From Heterodontus francisci (taxonomy: Eukaryota), in assembly GCF_036365525.1 (NCBI RefSeq), contig NC_090394.1, forward strand, positions 41,127,367 to 41,191,366: 64,000 bases of DNA, written 5' to 3'. The position numbers and the translations under genes were made by a program. Positions 11,852 through 29,772 of the stretch are shown piece by piece (the stretch's first letter is position 1; each line of letters opens with the position of its first letter). Below the pieces are notes generated by a model. The model saw nothing but the letters and a program-made list of their open reading frames with translations, was not told the origin of the DNA and searched no databases.

Positions 11852-14086
11852 TGTTATGAATGTTGGACTTTGTGATATGATTATGTTTTAAAAACTGTGA
11901 TTTTTAAAAGTTTAAGATGGAATCTGGAAAGTCAGGTGACCTCACATCCACTCTGCGAAAGGACAAGACAGAAGTCTTGGTTACCAGGACAACAAAGAAC
12001 ACAGAACAAAAAATTTTTTGGAAAAAAGACTGCAGGGATAACACCTGAATAACAATCGGTTTCACCCTCCCAGATGTTAGGGTAGAAACAAGGAGACAAT
12101 GATTCGGAAGATGCAAATATACCAAGCAGCCGTTAATACCCGGGAACAATGGAAGGCCTAGGTGGCTCTGTGAAACCAGACTTCTGGACTTTGCATATTG
12201 GAACAGGGCAATAATCTATTGACTTTTGAGTGCAGATAAATTTAACAGATTTTTGGAAGGCAGACAGGTTGTAAGAGGAAACCAGTGGTTGTGGCCTCAA
12301 GGCAGACTGTAAGACAACCAGCTGTTGCTAAAAAGAGAGAGGGAGAGAGAGGAAACACCTGCTCTCGGAAGCCTGATACAGCAAAGGGCTGCAAAGACTT
12401 GAAGCTATTTTGAAAGTTGAAGCTTGCGGAGAAGTAGAAGACCAACAGGATCACCAGGAACTGCCTTATTCACTTCCAGGTAGGAAGTGCTGAGAAGTGA
12501 GTGAAGAGGACATAGATTTTTGAAAAAATCTGGGAGATCCAACCCATTGCTACTGGGAGGAGTCTGGGACTTTTAACTGCAAAGGTTTTCGACATCAAAA
12601 AGGACTGTGTAACGTGTGGTGTGAGATTTTCAAGTATTTTAATAGGTAAAGAAAATACCATTCTTTGTAATCTGGGGTATCAGCTACTTACAAATTAATT
12701 AATTACTAACTTAATTGAGTTTTTTGAGGAAGTAACAAGGAGGATTGATGAGGGTAAGTGCAGTGGATGTGGTCTACATGGATTTTAGTAAGGCATTTGA
12801 CAAGGTCCCACATGACAAACTGGTCAGTAAAATGAAAGCCCATGGGACACAAGTGGAATGTGGCAGGTTGGATCCAAAATTGGCTCAGTGACAGGAAGCA
12901 AAGGGTAGTATTCGACTGATGTTTTTGCGAATGGAAAGCTGTTTCCACTGGCGTTTCACAGGGCTCAGTGTTGGGTCCCTTGCTGTTTGCGGTACATATT
13001 AATGATTTGGACTTAAATACAGGAGGCATGATTGGGAAATTTGCTGATGACACAAAAATTGGTCGTATAGTTGCTAGTGAAGAGGATGGCTGTAAACTCC
13101 AGAATTATATCAATGGTTTGGCTGAGTAGGCGGAAAAGTGGCAAATGGAATTCAATCCAGAGAAATGTGAGGTATTGCACTTGGGGAGTGCAAATAAAGC
13201 GAGGGAATACACAATAAACGGGATGATATTGAGAGGGGTAGAAGTAGTGAGAGACCTTGGAGTGCATATCCACAGGTCCCTGAAGGTGGCAGGACAGGTA
13301 GATAAAGTGGCGAAAAAGACATATGGAATGCTTTCCTTTACAGGTGAGGTATAGAATACAAAAGCAGGGATGTCATGCTGGAACTGTATAAAGCGCTGGT
13401 TAGGCCACAGTTGGAGTATTGTGCACAGTTCTGGTCACCACATTACAGAAAGGACATAATTGTGCTGGAGAGAGTGCAGAGGAGATTTACAAGAACATTG
13501 CCAGGGCTTGAAAGTTACAGCAATGAAGAAAGTTTGGATAGGCTAGGGTTGTTTTCCTTAGAACAGTGGAGATTCAGGCATGACAACTGAGGTGTACAAA
13601 ATTATGAGGGACCTAGATAGACTATCCCCCAGCAGAGAGGTCAATTACCAGAGGGCACAGATTTAAGGTAGAAGTATTAGAGGGGACATGAGGAGAAACT
13701 TTTTCACCCAGAGGGTGGTGGGTGCCTGGAATTCACTGCCATGAATGCTGGGAGGCAGAAACCCTCAATTCTTTTCAAAGGTACCTGGATATGCACCTGA
13801 AGTGCTGTAACCTGCAAGGCTATGGACCAGGTTCTGGCAGGTGGAATTAGATTGGGTGACAATTTTTTTTTGTCCGGCCGGCACAGACACTACGGGCTGA
13901 ATGACCACCTCCTGTGCTGTAATTTTTCTATAGTTCTAAATTAATATTTAGTTAACAGGCATTTATTTTAGTTTAGTTGTTATAAAGAAGTCCTAAAACA
14001 TGAAATCTTGTTGTGCAATTCTTTAAATTGATCTGGGGGTTCATATCTCGGGTTTTAATGTTAACAGTTTCACTGAGGCCATAACA
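11852..14086 (+). repeat. 3' LTR, split by a CR1 insertion (LTR parts 11852..12699 and ~13938..14086)
   Basis: Follows the PPT; homologous to the 5' LTR; resumes after the CR1 tail and ends CATAACA. Confidence 0.88.
12700..13937 (+). mobile_element. 5'-truncated CR1 LINE inserted in the 3' LTR
   Basis: CR1 RT motifs (DFSKAFDKV, KFADDTK, RPQLEYCAQFWSP); AAATTAAT duplicated at 12692 and 13938. Confidence 0.92.
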
Positions 14087-14277
14087 ATGTGTCAGTGCTC
14101 TAGTTTTGACTCCAGGAGATCTGGGAGAGAACAAACCCAGTCAATCGTGTCCTCATCCAACAGATATCATGATATTGTGACCAGGCACAGGTTAATGTGA
14201 GAAAGTGAACACTGCTCCTCCCCTTTAAGTACTCGTCTGATAACCTCTTACCCTTTTTTGTCTCCAGGGGGAAAAAT

Positions 14278-20926
<6,649 letters not shown>

Positions 20927-20932
<6 letters not shown>

Positions 20933-20993
20933 CTTGGAAAGGAATCTATCCCAACATGCACCACGACGGTAATTAAAGGATAACGCATGCGCT
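20927..20993 (-). promoter_or_regulatory. NDUFAB1 proximal promoter motifs: YY1-like AAGATGGCG over the ATG and NRF1-like GCGCATGCG (20984..20992)
   Basis: Motif matches within a CpG-rich first exon; both factors are typical of nuclear OXPHOS genes. Confidence 0.55.
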
Positions 20994-21083
20994 GCCCCTC
21001 CCCTGTGCTGCACATTTCCAGCATAGGTGTACGCTGCCTAGGGAGGCTGCGCAGTCTGTGAACACAGCACAATGATCCAATAA

Positions 21084-22101
21084 AGTAAAAGCAAAATACT
21101 GTGGATGCTGGAACTCTGCAATAAAAATAGAAAGTGTTGGAAATATTCAGCAAGTCTAGCAGCATCATCGAAGAGAGCAGAGTTAACGTTTCACGTCTGT
21201 GACCTTTGATCAGAACCGGCAAAGGTTAAAGATATAGATTTTAAGCAACTGAAGTGCGGGCGGGGGAGAACAAAAGGGTAGCTGTGTGATAGGGTAGAGG
21301 GCATCTTCCCTTCCCCATCAGCATTCCATCTGCGAAACCCTGTTCCACTCCTCCATTACCCCCGACACCTCGTCCCCTTCCTATGCAATCGCAGGAGGTG
21401 TAATACCTGCCCTTTCCTCACCGTCCAAGACCCCAAACACTCCTTTCAGGTGAAGCAGTGATTTACTTGTACCTCTTTCAATTTAGTATACTGTATTTAC
21501 TGCTAACAATGCGGTTGCCTGTACACTGGGGAGACCAAACGCAGGTTGGGTGACCGCTTTGCGGAACACCTCCACTCAGTCCGCAAGCATAACCACAAGC
21601 TTCCGGTTGCTTGCTGTTTCAGTTCATCACCCTGCTCCCATGCCCACATTTCTGACCTTGGCCTGCTGCAGTGTTCCAGTGAACATCAATGCAAGCTCGA
21701 GGAACAGCACCACATTTTCCAATTAGGTATCCTATAGCTTTCCAGACCAAACAATAATTTTCAGAGCATAACTGGCCCTTTTCTTTTATCATCTTTTTTT
21801 AACATGTGCCTGCCTTAAACTTGGTTTTTCAGGTTTGTGCTTTTGAACAGAGCTGTTCATTATTTCAACACTCTCTCTGCACTAATGCTTTTTCTTTCAC
21901 CACACCATTAGCTCACTCCCTTTCCTTTGCCTGATGACTTCCTTGTCAATTAATCTCTCCTGTCCTCTGCCCTTCACTTGCTTAAAACCTATTACAGTTC
22001 TAACCTTTGCCAGTCCTGATGAAAGGTCAGACCTGAAACATTAACTCTGCTTCTCTCTCTACAGATGGAGTATTTCCAGCACTTTGTGTTTTCATTTTAC
22101 T
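21084..22101 (+). mobile_element. Penelope-like element remnant: GIY-YIG endonuclease fragment with inverted terminal repeats
   Basis: FTCTSFNLVYCIYC*QCGCLYTGETKRRLGDRFAEH...PVA...LEEQHHIFQLG; inverted ends AGTAAAA/TTTTACT; 12-bp direct repeat ATGATCCAATAA at 21072 and 22102. Confidence 0.88.
22011..22047 (+). ncRNA. Degenerate minimal type-I hammerhead ribozyme motif in the Penelope terminal repeat
   Basis: cagtc-CTGATGA-aaggtc-a-gacct-GAAAC-att-aactc; catalytic core boxes intact, stems partly decayed. Confidence 0.6.
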
Positions 22102-22239
22102 ATGATCCAATAACCCCCTTTGCACCACTGACCATAACACACCCACAATAAAGTGTGGCAAGAAAAAATGCTGCACCAGGATTTGATTACATGGACTATG
22201 CTAATATATACATTAAAATATTAAGTATTGATAAGTAAC

Positions 22240-25200
22240 AAGTGAGTAGCTAGTGAGACATCTTTTATTTTTAAGGTTTATTACTACTATTGGTAGGGTT
22301 TATTAGTTTTATTAGTAGCAGGGTTTATTTGCAGTACCAAGGTTTATAATCTAATAGATAGAGGAATGGCAGAGCTACTCCAACCTCTGCAGTGCACATC
22401 AGATGCGATATGGGAAGTCCAGGACACTTCTGTGTGTCCTGGATAACCATATGCGCAGTAAGTTCATCAGTTGCAGCAGCTCAAGCTCCAGGTTTTGGAA
22501 CTTGTGCAGTAGCTGGCGTCAGTGTGGTGCGTCCATGAGCTTGAGAGCTTCATGGATTATAGATGTGGTCACCCCGCAGCTTAAGAGTATGCAAGGAGAG
22601 AGGGAATGGGTGACTGCCAGGCAGTCAAGAAGCAACAGGCAGGTAGTGCAGGAGGCACTGAGTGCATCTTACTCTCCTACCAGTATTCAGTCCTGAATAC
22701 AAAGAAAGTGATGGTTCTGCTGGGGAGTGCAGCCAGAGTCAAGGCCATGGCACCAACCTGGCTCAGTTGCACAAAGATGACTAGAAGAGCAATAGTGATA
22801 GGAGACTTGATAGTTAAGGGAATAGACATGTGTTTTTGTGGCCGAAGACGTGAATGCAGGATGGTGTGTTGCCTCCCTGGTGCCAGGATCAAAGATGTTA
22901 CTGAATGGCTGCAGAACACCCTGAAGGTGCAAGGTGAACAGCCAGCAGACGCAGTTCACATTGATACTAATGACATAGGTAGGAAGAGGGATGTGGTCCT
23001 GCAGAAAGAGTTTAGGGAGCGGGGTAAGAAATTAGCAAGCAGGACCTCAATGAATAGTAATCTCTGTTTTACTCCCAGTACCACATGCTAATGAGTATAG
23101 AAATTGGAGGATAGTACAGTTGAATGAGTGGCTGGAAAGATGGTGCAGGAGAGAGGACTTTAGATTCCTGGGACCAGTTCTGGGGAAGATGGGACCTGTA
23201 CAGGTTGCACCTGAACAGAGTTGGAACAAATTTGCTTGTGGGGCAATTTTCTAGTGCTATTGGGGAGGGTTCAAACGAACTTGGCAGGGGTGTGAGAACC
23301 AGATTATACAGGAACACCAGGTGCACAGAGAGTTGGGAGAGACAGATAGCACTGGAGTAGGAAATAGTAAAGTATTGGGTGAGGTCAGCATGAGAGTGTT
23401 AGACAGTACTAGAGAAGGAGCTAGTTCTGTATTAGATGGGAGTGGACTGAGAAGAACCACGAGGAATGCAAAGACAGGATTACAATGTATGTTTGTAAAC
23501 ACACAAAGTGTGGTGAATAATATTGATGAGCTACAAGCACAAATAGCAGTATGGGAATATGATGTAGTGGCAATAACGGAAACATGGCTTAAAATGGCAA
23601 GGACTGGGTGCTTAACATACAAGGATATAAAGTATTCAGAGAAGACAGAGAAGGAAAAAAGGGAGGTGGGGTAGGAGTACCAATTAAGGAAGACATTACA
23701 ATGTTTGAAAGGGAGGATGTCCCTGAAGGGACAAGGACAGAATCCATTTGGTTAGAGTTGAGGAGCAAAAAAGGTATGATCACATTACTAGAAGTATTCT
23801 ATAGGCCTCCAAAAACGTGAGATAGAGGTGCAAACCGGCAGGGAAATCACTGTGAAGAACTATAGAGTGGTGATATTGGGGACTTTAATTACCCAAATAT
23901 CGATTGGGATAGTTTTAGAGTAAAGGAATTTCTGGAATATGTTCAGGAGAATTTCCTTGATCAGCATGTTCTCAGCCCAACTAGAGAGGAGGCATTGCTG
24001 GATCTGGTGCTGGGAATGAGGTGGGCCAAATGTCTGTGGGATCATTGTATCATAAGGTTTAGACTAGGAATACAGAAAAGCAAGGAACAAAATAAGGTAG
24101 AATGTCTAGATTGGACGAAAGCTAATTTCAACATCATGAGAAGGGATCTAGCTAGGACAGAATGAACCCAAAGACCGACAGGCAAAGATGTATTGGAACA
24201 ATGGGTTATCTTTAAGGAAGAGATGCTACAGGTGAAGGCTAAGTATATACTAACAAGGGCAAAAGGTAGGGGAACCAAAAACAGGGCTCCTTGGATGACC
24301 ATGGAGATGGAGATTATGATGAAACAAAAAAAGGGCATATGATACCTGTCAGGTGAACTCATGAAGTGAGAACCAGGCCGTATAAAATAAGTTGGGAGGG
24401 AAGGTGAAAAGGAAAATAAAAGGCTGGCAAAGAGAGAACATGAGAATAGACTGGCAATCAACATAATAGGGAACCCAAAGATCTTCTACCATCATGTAAA
24501 TAGTAAGCGAGTACTAAGAGGTGGAGTGGGGCCTATCAGGAACAAAGAGAATATATGCTTACAGACGCAGTGCAAGGCAATTATAATGAATACGTTGTAA
24601 CAGTGTTCATTAAGGAAATGGAATCTGAAAAACAAAAATCAGTTGAAGCAGAGAGGCAATAGAAAGGATAAAAAGTGGGGGGGGGGGGTACTATAAAGGC
24701 TGGCTATGCTTAGGGTAGATAAGTCACCTGGTCTAGATAGCTTGCATGTGACGTTACTAAAGAGCTTTACCTAATCTTCCAATCATCCCTGGATATGGGG
24801 GAGGTGCCAGAGGACTGGAGAGCAGCAAATGTGACATCCTTATTCAAGAAAGGGTGCAAAGACAGTCCTAGCAACTACAGGCCAGTTAGTTTAACATCAG
24901 TGGTGGGTAAGGTTTTAGAAAGATAATCAGGGAAAATATCAGACACTTGGGGGAGATTTGAGTTAATTAAGGAGAGCCAGCACGGATTTGTAAAAGGTAG
25001 ATCATGCTTAACTATTCTAATTGAATTTTTGATGAAGTAACAGAGAAGGTTGATGAAGGGAATGCAGTAGATATTATTTATATGGAGTTTAAGAACGCAT
25101 TTAATAAGATACCACATAAAAGGCAGGCTAACAAACTTGAGGTTCATGGAATAGGAGGTCAGTGTCCAATTGGATAAGAAAATTGGCTTAAGGACAGAAA

Positions 25201-26225
25201 ACAGTGAGTCATAGTAAATGGTTGCCTTTCAGACTGGAGGATGGTAAACAATGGTATTCCCCAAAGATCAGTGCTGGGACCACTCCTCGTTGCTATATAT
25301 GACTTAGATCTTGGAACACGGCAAAATCTCAAAATTTGCCTATGACACCAAACTTGGAGGTGTGGAAATAGTGAGGAAGATATGAACCGCCTGCAACATG
25401 ACATAAATAGGCCAGTGGAGTAGGTGGACAAGTGGCAGATGGAATTTAATACATAGAAGTCTGAGGTGATACATTTTGGCAGAAGGAATAGCGAGAGGCA
25501 ATATATACTTAATGGCACAGTTCTAAAAAGTGCAACAGGAATCTGGGGGTACATATGCATCGATATTTGAAGGTGGCAGGACATATTGAGAGTGGTTAGT
25601 AAAGCATATGGGATCTTGGACTTCATAAATAGAGGCATTAAGAATAGCAGGAAAGTTATGCTGAACCTTTATAAAGCTGTTTAGACCCCAACTAGAGTAT
25701 TGCATCCAGTTCTGGTCACCACACTTCAGGAAGGATGAGGGTCCTTGTGAGGGTGCAGAGATTTACCAAAATGGTTTCAGGGATGGGGGATTTTAGTTAC
25801 AAGGTTAGGTTAGAAAAGCTGAGTTTGTTCTCCTTAAAACAAAGGAGATTGAGGGGAGATTTAATAGAAGTGTGCAAGATTATGACAGGCTTAGATAAGT
25901 TAGACAAGGAAAAACTGTTCCCATTAACTAATGGTACAAGGACCAGGGAACACATGATAGAAAGTTTTGGGCAAAAGATGCAGGGAGTATGAGGAAAACC
26001 TCATTTACAAAGTGGGTGGTAATGATCTGGAACTCATTGCCCACAAGGGTGGTGGAGGTGGAGACAATCAATGACTTCAAAAGGAAGTTGGACGGAGGGA
26101 AATAGACTTGCAGAGCTACAGGATCGAACAGGGGAGTGGGACTGACTGGATAGCTCCCTGAAAAGCTGGCATTGACTCGATGGGCCGAATGGCCTCCTTC
26201 TGTGATGTAAATGACTATGCATACT
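22240..26225 (+). mobile_element. Near full-length decayed CR1 LINE (ORF1 zinc finger/esterase, ORF2 APE-RT)
   Basis: AIVIGDLIVKG and VCCLPGARIKDV (SGNH esterase), YDVVAITETWL (APE), RT remnants, 3' tail; many lesions. Confidence 0.92.
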
Positions 26226-26519
26226 TTGAGAAATGATTTGTGGTGTCATAGGCTTGTAAGAAACAGGTGGTTCTGGAACTATGGTTCCCAAAGCTGGGCT
26301 CCACCACTGGGATTTTCTTCACCTCATGTCTCGGTCTGTTGTAGACCAACTGATAGCGATTACTATGATTAGCCAACAACTCCATTATAATTGGTTCAAG
26401 TATATAAAAGCAAGTCTTCCTTTACCATGATAGTAGAAGACAAATCAGATGGATCTTGGCCTTTTTTCATCCAGCAATTCCTAAGATGCTACAGCCTTGC
26501 ACGAAGGCAAAGTTGAAAT

Positions 26520-26815
26520 ATCAGAGGTGCCCTCCTTCAGATTAGTTTAACCAAGGTTCAGTCTGCCTGATTCAGTGTTTCATGGAGACATTCAGCATCC
26601 AATGAAACTATTTAAAGGCCAGGATGCTTTCCCAGTGCCCTGGCCATCATTCCTCCTTCCATCAACATGACAAAACAAAAACTATAGAACTTGTCATTCA
26701 TCACATTGCTGCTGCAGAAATGCCACATTTGCTAAGTTACTGCACTTCAAAAGTAATTCATTGCGTGAAGCACTCGAGACACTTTGACATGGTAAGACAC
26801 TATCCAAACGCTGAT
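26520..26815 (+). mobile_element. Deu-domain SINE remnant (SacSINE1-like)
   Basis: Degenerate similarity to the copy at 54465-54790. Confidence 0.55.
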
Positions 26816-27339
26816 ATAAATCACACCTATGCCTCCTTATCAGTATGCACCCTATCTACTTCAGGTACCACTAAAAAGCATCATTCTAAAATCCTACTAC
26901 TGAGCTTAATCCTTTGAGATCTCTGCGCTCTAATTCTGGCTTCTTACGCATTCCCAATTTTAATCACTCCACCATTAGTGGCCGTGCCTTCAGCTGCTGA
27001 GGCCCAAAGCTCTGGATTGCCCTCCCTAAACCACTCTGCTTCTTTTCTCGTTTAAGACACTGCTTAAAGCCTTCCTCATCTGCCCCGATATCTCATGTGG
27101 CTCGGTGCTAAATTTTGTGAAGCACCTAGGGAACCTTTATCATGTTAAAGGTGCTATGTAAATGAAAGCTCTTGATATTATTCTAATCTTTTTCATTTTG
27201 CTCTTTCGTTGCTGAGAGGCAAAGCATTCAAACAAGGTAAGTACTGAATTTCCAAGAGGTAGGCCAGTGAGATTTGCGGTGATTCATCGCTTTGCCCAAA
27301 TCCTTACCTACATCTATCTCTTACGTCCCAAAGGCAATG

Positions 27340-27680
27340 AAGTACTTTTGAAGTGTAGTCACTGTTGTAATGTAGGAGCCACTGCAGTCAAATTGAACAC
27401 AACAAAAGTCCTACAAACAACAAAGTCACAATGACCAGATAACTTTCAGTGATGTTGTCTGAGGGATAAATATTATCCAGGACAGAAGGGCTAGCACCCC
27501 AACCCTTCTTTGAAATAGTGCCATGGATCTTTTACTTCCATCCGAGAGAGTAGATAGGGCCTCGGTTTAACATCTCATTCAAAAGACATCACTACCTCAG
27601 TACTGCCCTGGAGTATTAGCATAGATTTTTTAGCTCAGCTCTTTGGAGTGGGACTTGAACCCACAACCTATTGACTAACA
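27340..27680 (-). mobile_element. Deu-domain SINE remnant (SacSINE1-like)
   Basis: Reverse strand has gagatgttaaaccgaggccc...aaaagatccatggcactatttcaaagaag...tttatccctca. Confidence 0.7.
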
Positions 27681-29540
27681 CAACCAGCAGCTCGGTGGTC
27701 CCAGACTCTTCCTTTAATATCTTTCCCAATGGTTTAGTGCCTGATCAAAAGTTTGTGTCCCTCCATCCTCTTGAAGCTACCATGTACGGGATTTCAAGCT
27801 GTATCCTCCAATCTTACGACACTAGACAGCCACTGTTGAACATGCTAGTAAAACTGCCAACACCAAGAAAATCCCCTAATCATTCACAATGTATTACCAA
27901 CTTATTTCAGTATTTCATCACTCTACATAGTATCTGCTTACATTCTTGCATGCAGTTCTTCAGTGTCTGCTGGTACCATGTCCACATTGATTGTTCCCAT
28001 AGCAGTCCATATTTGCTCAGATGGGCTACTGTTCTTGATGCCTTGACATACATTGTTTCATCGGTAAGTCGTACCTGTTGGCTCATTTCCCAGTACTGAG
28101 AGGCGGCAAGGGCGTCTTTCAACCACTCTATGCGCCATTCCATGGGACGATGTTAGAATTTTTTAAAAAAATTTTTCATGGGATGTGGGCGTCACTGGCA
28201 AGGCCAGCATTTGTTGCCCATCCCTAAATGCTCTTGAACTGAGTGGCTTGCTAGGCCATTTCAGGGGGCATTTAAGAGTCAACCACATTGCTGTGGGTCT
28301 GGAGTCACATGTAGACCAGACTGGGTAAGGATAGCAGATTTCCTGCCCTAAAGGATATTAGTGAACCAGATGGATTTTTAACGACAATCGCTGATTGTTT
28401 CATGGCACCATTACTGAGACAAGCTTTCAATGCCAGATTTTTAAAATTAATTAATTGAATTTAAATTCCACCAGCTGCCATGATGTTCCCTTCAGTGATA
28501 CTACAATTAAAAAGATTTGCCTTGATCAAAGACATCTATTAGTGCACAACTACATGACAGAGATGGTGTTCCCATGGGTGAGGACATCTTCATGAACTGC
28601 TGCATGGGTAATCCAAACAATTAGAGCAGTTTGGCACTCAAATAGGTCAAAAATCAGGTAGTTATTTACTGATTGGCCAAGGAGGAGCAGCACCAGACTG
28701 CAGCACACTTCATGGCATTGCAGAATTCAGAGTAAGAACATTAATATGAGTTGTAGCATCTGCATCACAGTTTATATGGGACATTATTTCTTATCCAAAT
28801 TGTATCATTCATCTTTTACCACTTAGGCCCGTGACGCTGTTGCTCTCTCTCATCCATCTGTTTAAACTAGTATGGTGAGAGCACGAGGGTTGGGATATAT
28901 GTTGACATCCCTGACTCCTTCAAAGTTGCCAAGCTCAGCCAATAGGGAAGAGGCCAGACAGTTAGACAAAAGTAAACTCCAGGGTTAGCTGTCAATGAAA
29001 ACATGAGAATGAATATAATGCAGATTTTCCTACTTTATCTTCTCAGGAACTGTTTCCATCAACAGTGAATAAAAGAAAGTATATCCCCAAGGGTGATTCC
29101 TGCTCATTTTCAAAATAATGTGTAAAAATGTAACACAGAGCACAGTGCTTATCCCAGATCGTCCAGCACACACTATTTGGAAAGAAACAGTGACGTCTTA
29201 ATACTCCATCTAAACATGTGAGGGGATTTTCTATATTATACACTTAATCAAAGTAGTTAAAGTGCCCTCTGAATTTTTTCCTAAAATAGGCCAGTCCTGA
29301 TTTTAATATCTGGCATCCCCTACAGCAATAACAGAAACTGTACAACAGTTCAGTACATCAATCCAAACATTGTGGAAAAATTTTACATAGTGCACAAGAA
29401 ACAAAGTCACCTTCTTCACGTTGTAGTGTCTTTGTCCTGCAAATATCTTTGGTGCTTTTCACTTGACTGATGAGGTAAACAGGTTTCAAATAAATAAATG
29501 GCAAAGTTGCTTTTCTTGCATTAACCTTGGTGTAGCAATA

Positions 29541-29772
29541 TCATACGTCTACCATTCCAGCTCCTATACATTTGTAGATATACACAGTCCTGTCGTTCTT
29601 TCTGGCCAGGAGGCAGGAGTTGGCCTCTGCCCAGTGGAAAAGTGACCACTGCACATTGGGGCCATGCTGCAGCATAGTCAAGATATGGCCAGACAGTACA
29701 TCCCAAAGCACCAGGGTTCCAGGGGTTACAACTGCTGCAATGGACTGGTCCTTCACACCTCCATCAAGGTAC
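29541..29772 (-). CDS. PALB2: PALB2 exon 14 (terminal WD40 blade and stop)
   Basis: ggagcag|G TAC CTT GAT GGA GGT GTG AAG GAC; [28 protein letters not shown]...[14 protein letters not shown]. Confidence 0.95.

Larger units (their letters stand above)
5047..14086 (+). mobile_element. Decayed full-length Gypsy LTR retrotransposon, Gmr1-like (gag-PR-IN-RT-RH)
   Basis: Two similar LTRs (TGTTATGA...AACA), degenerate tRNA-Pro-like PBS (aattaggggctcg, 6070) and PPT (tagggggcagc, 11841). Domains: gag LVPKFSEEGVEMYF, zinc knuckle CYFCNKNWHIKLVC, integrase PFSRVLVDCVGPL and FSGPY, then RT RFCIDYRKINAVT and RNase H VATDASNIG. Many stops and frameshifts. Confidence 0.93.
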
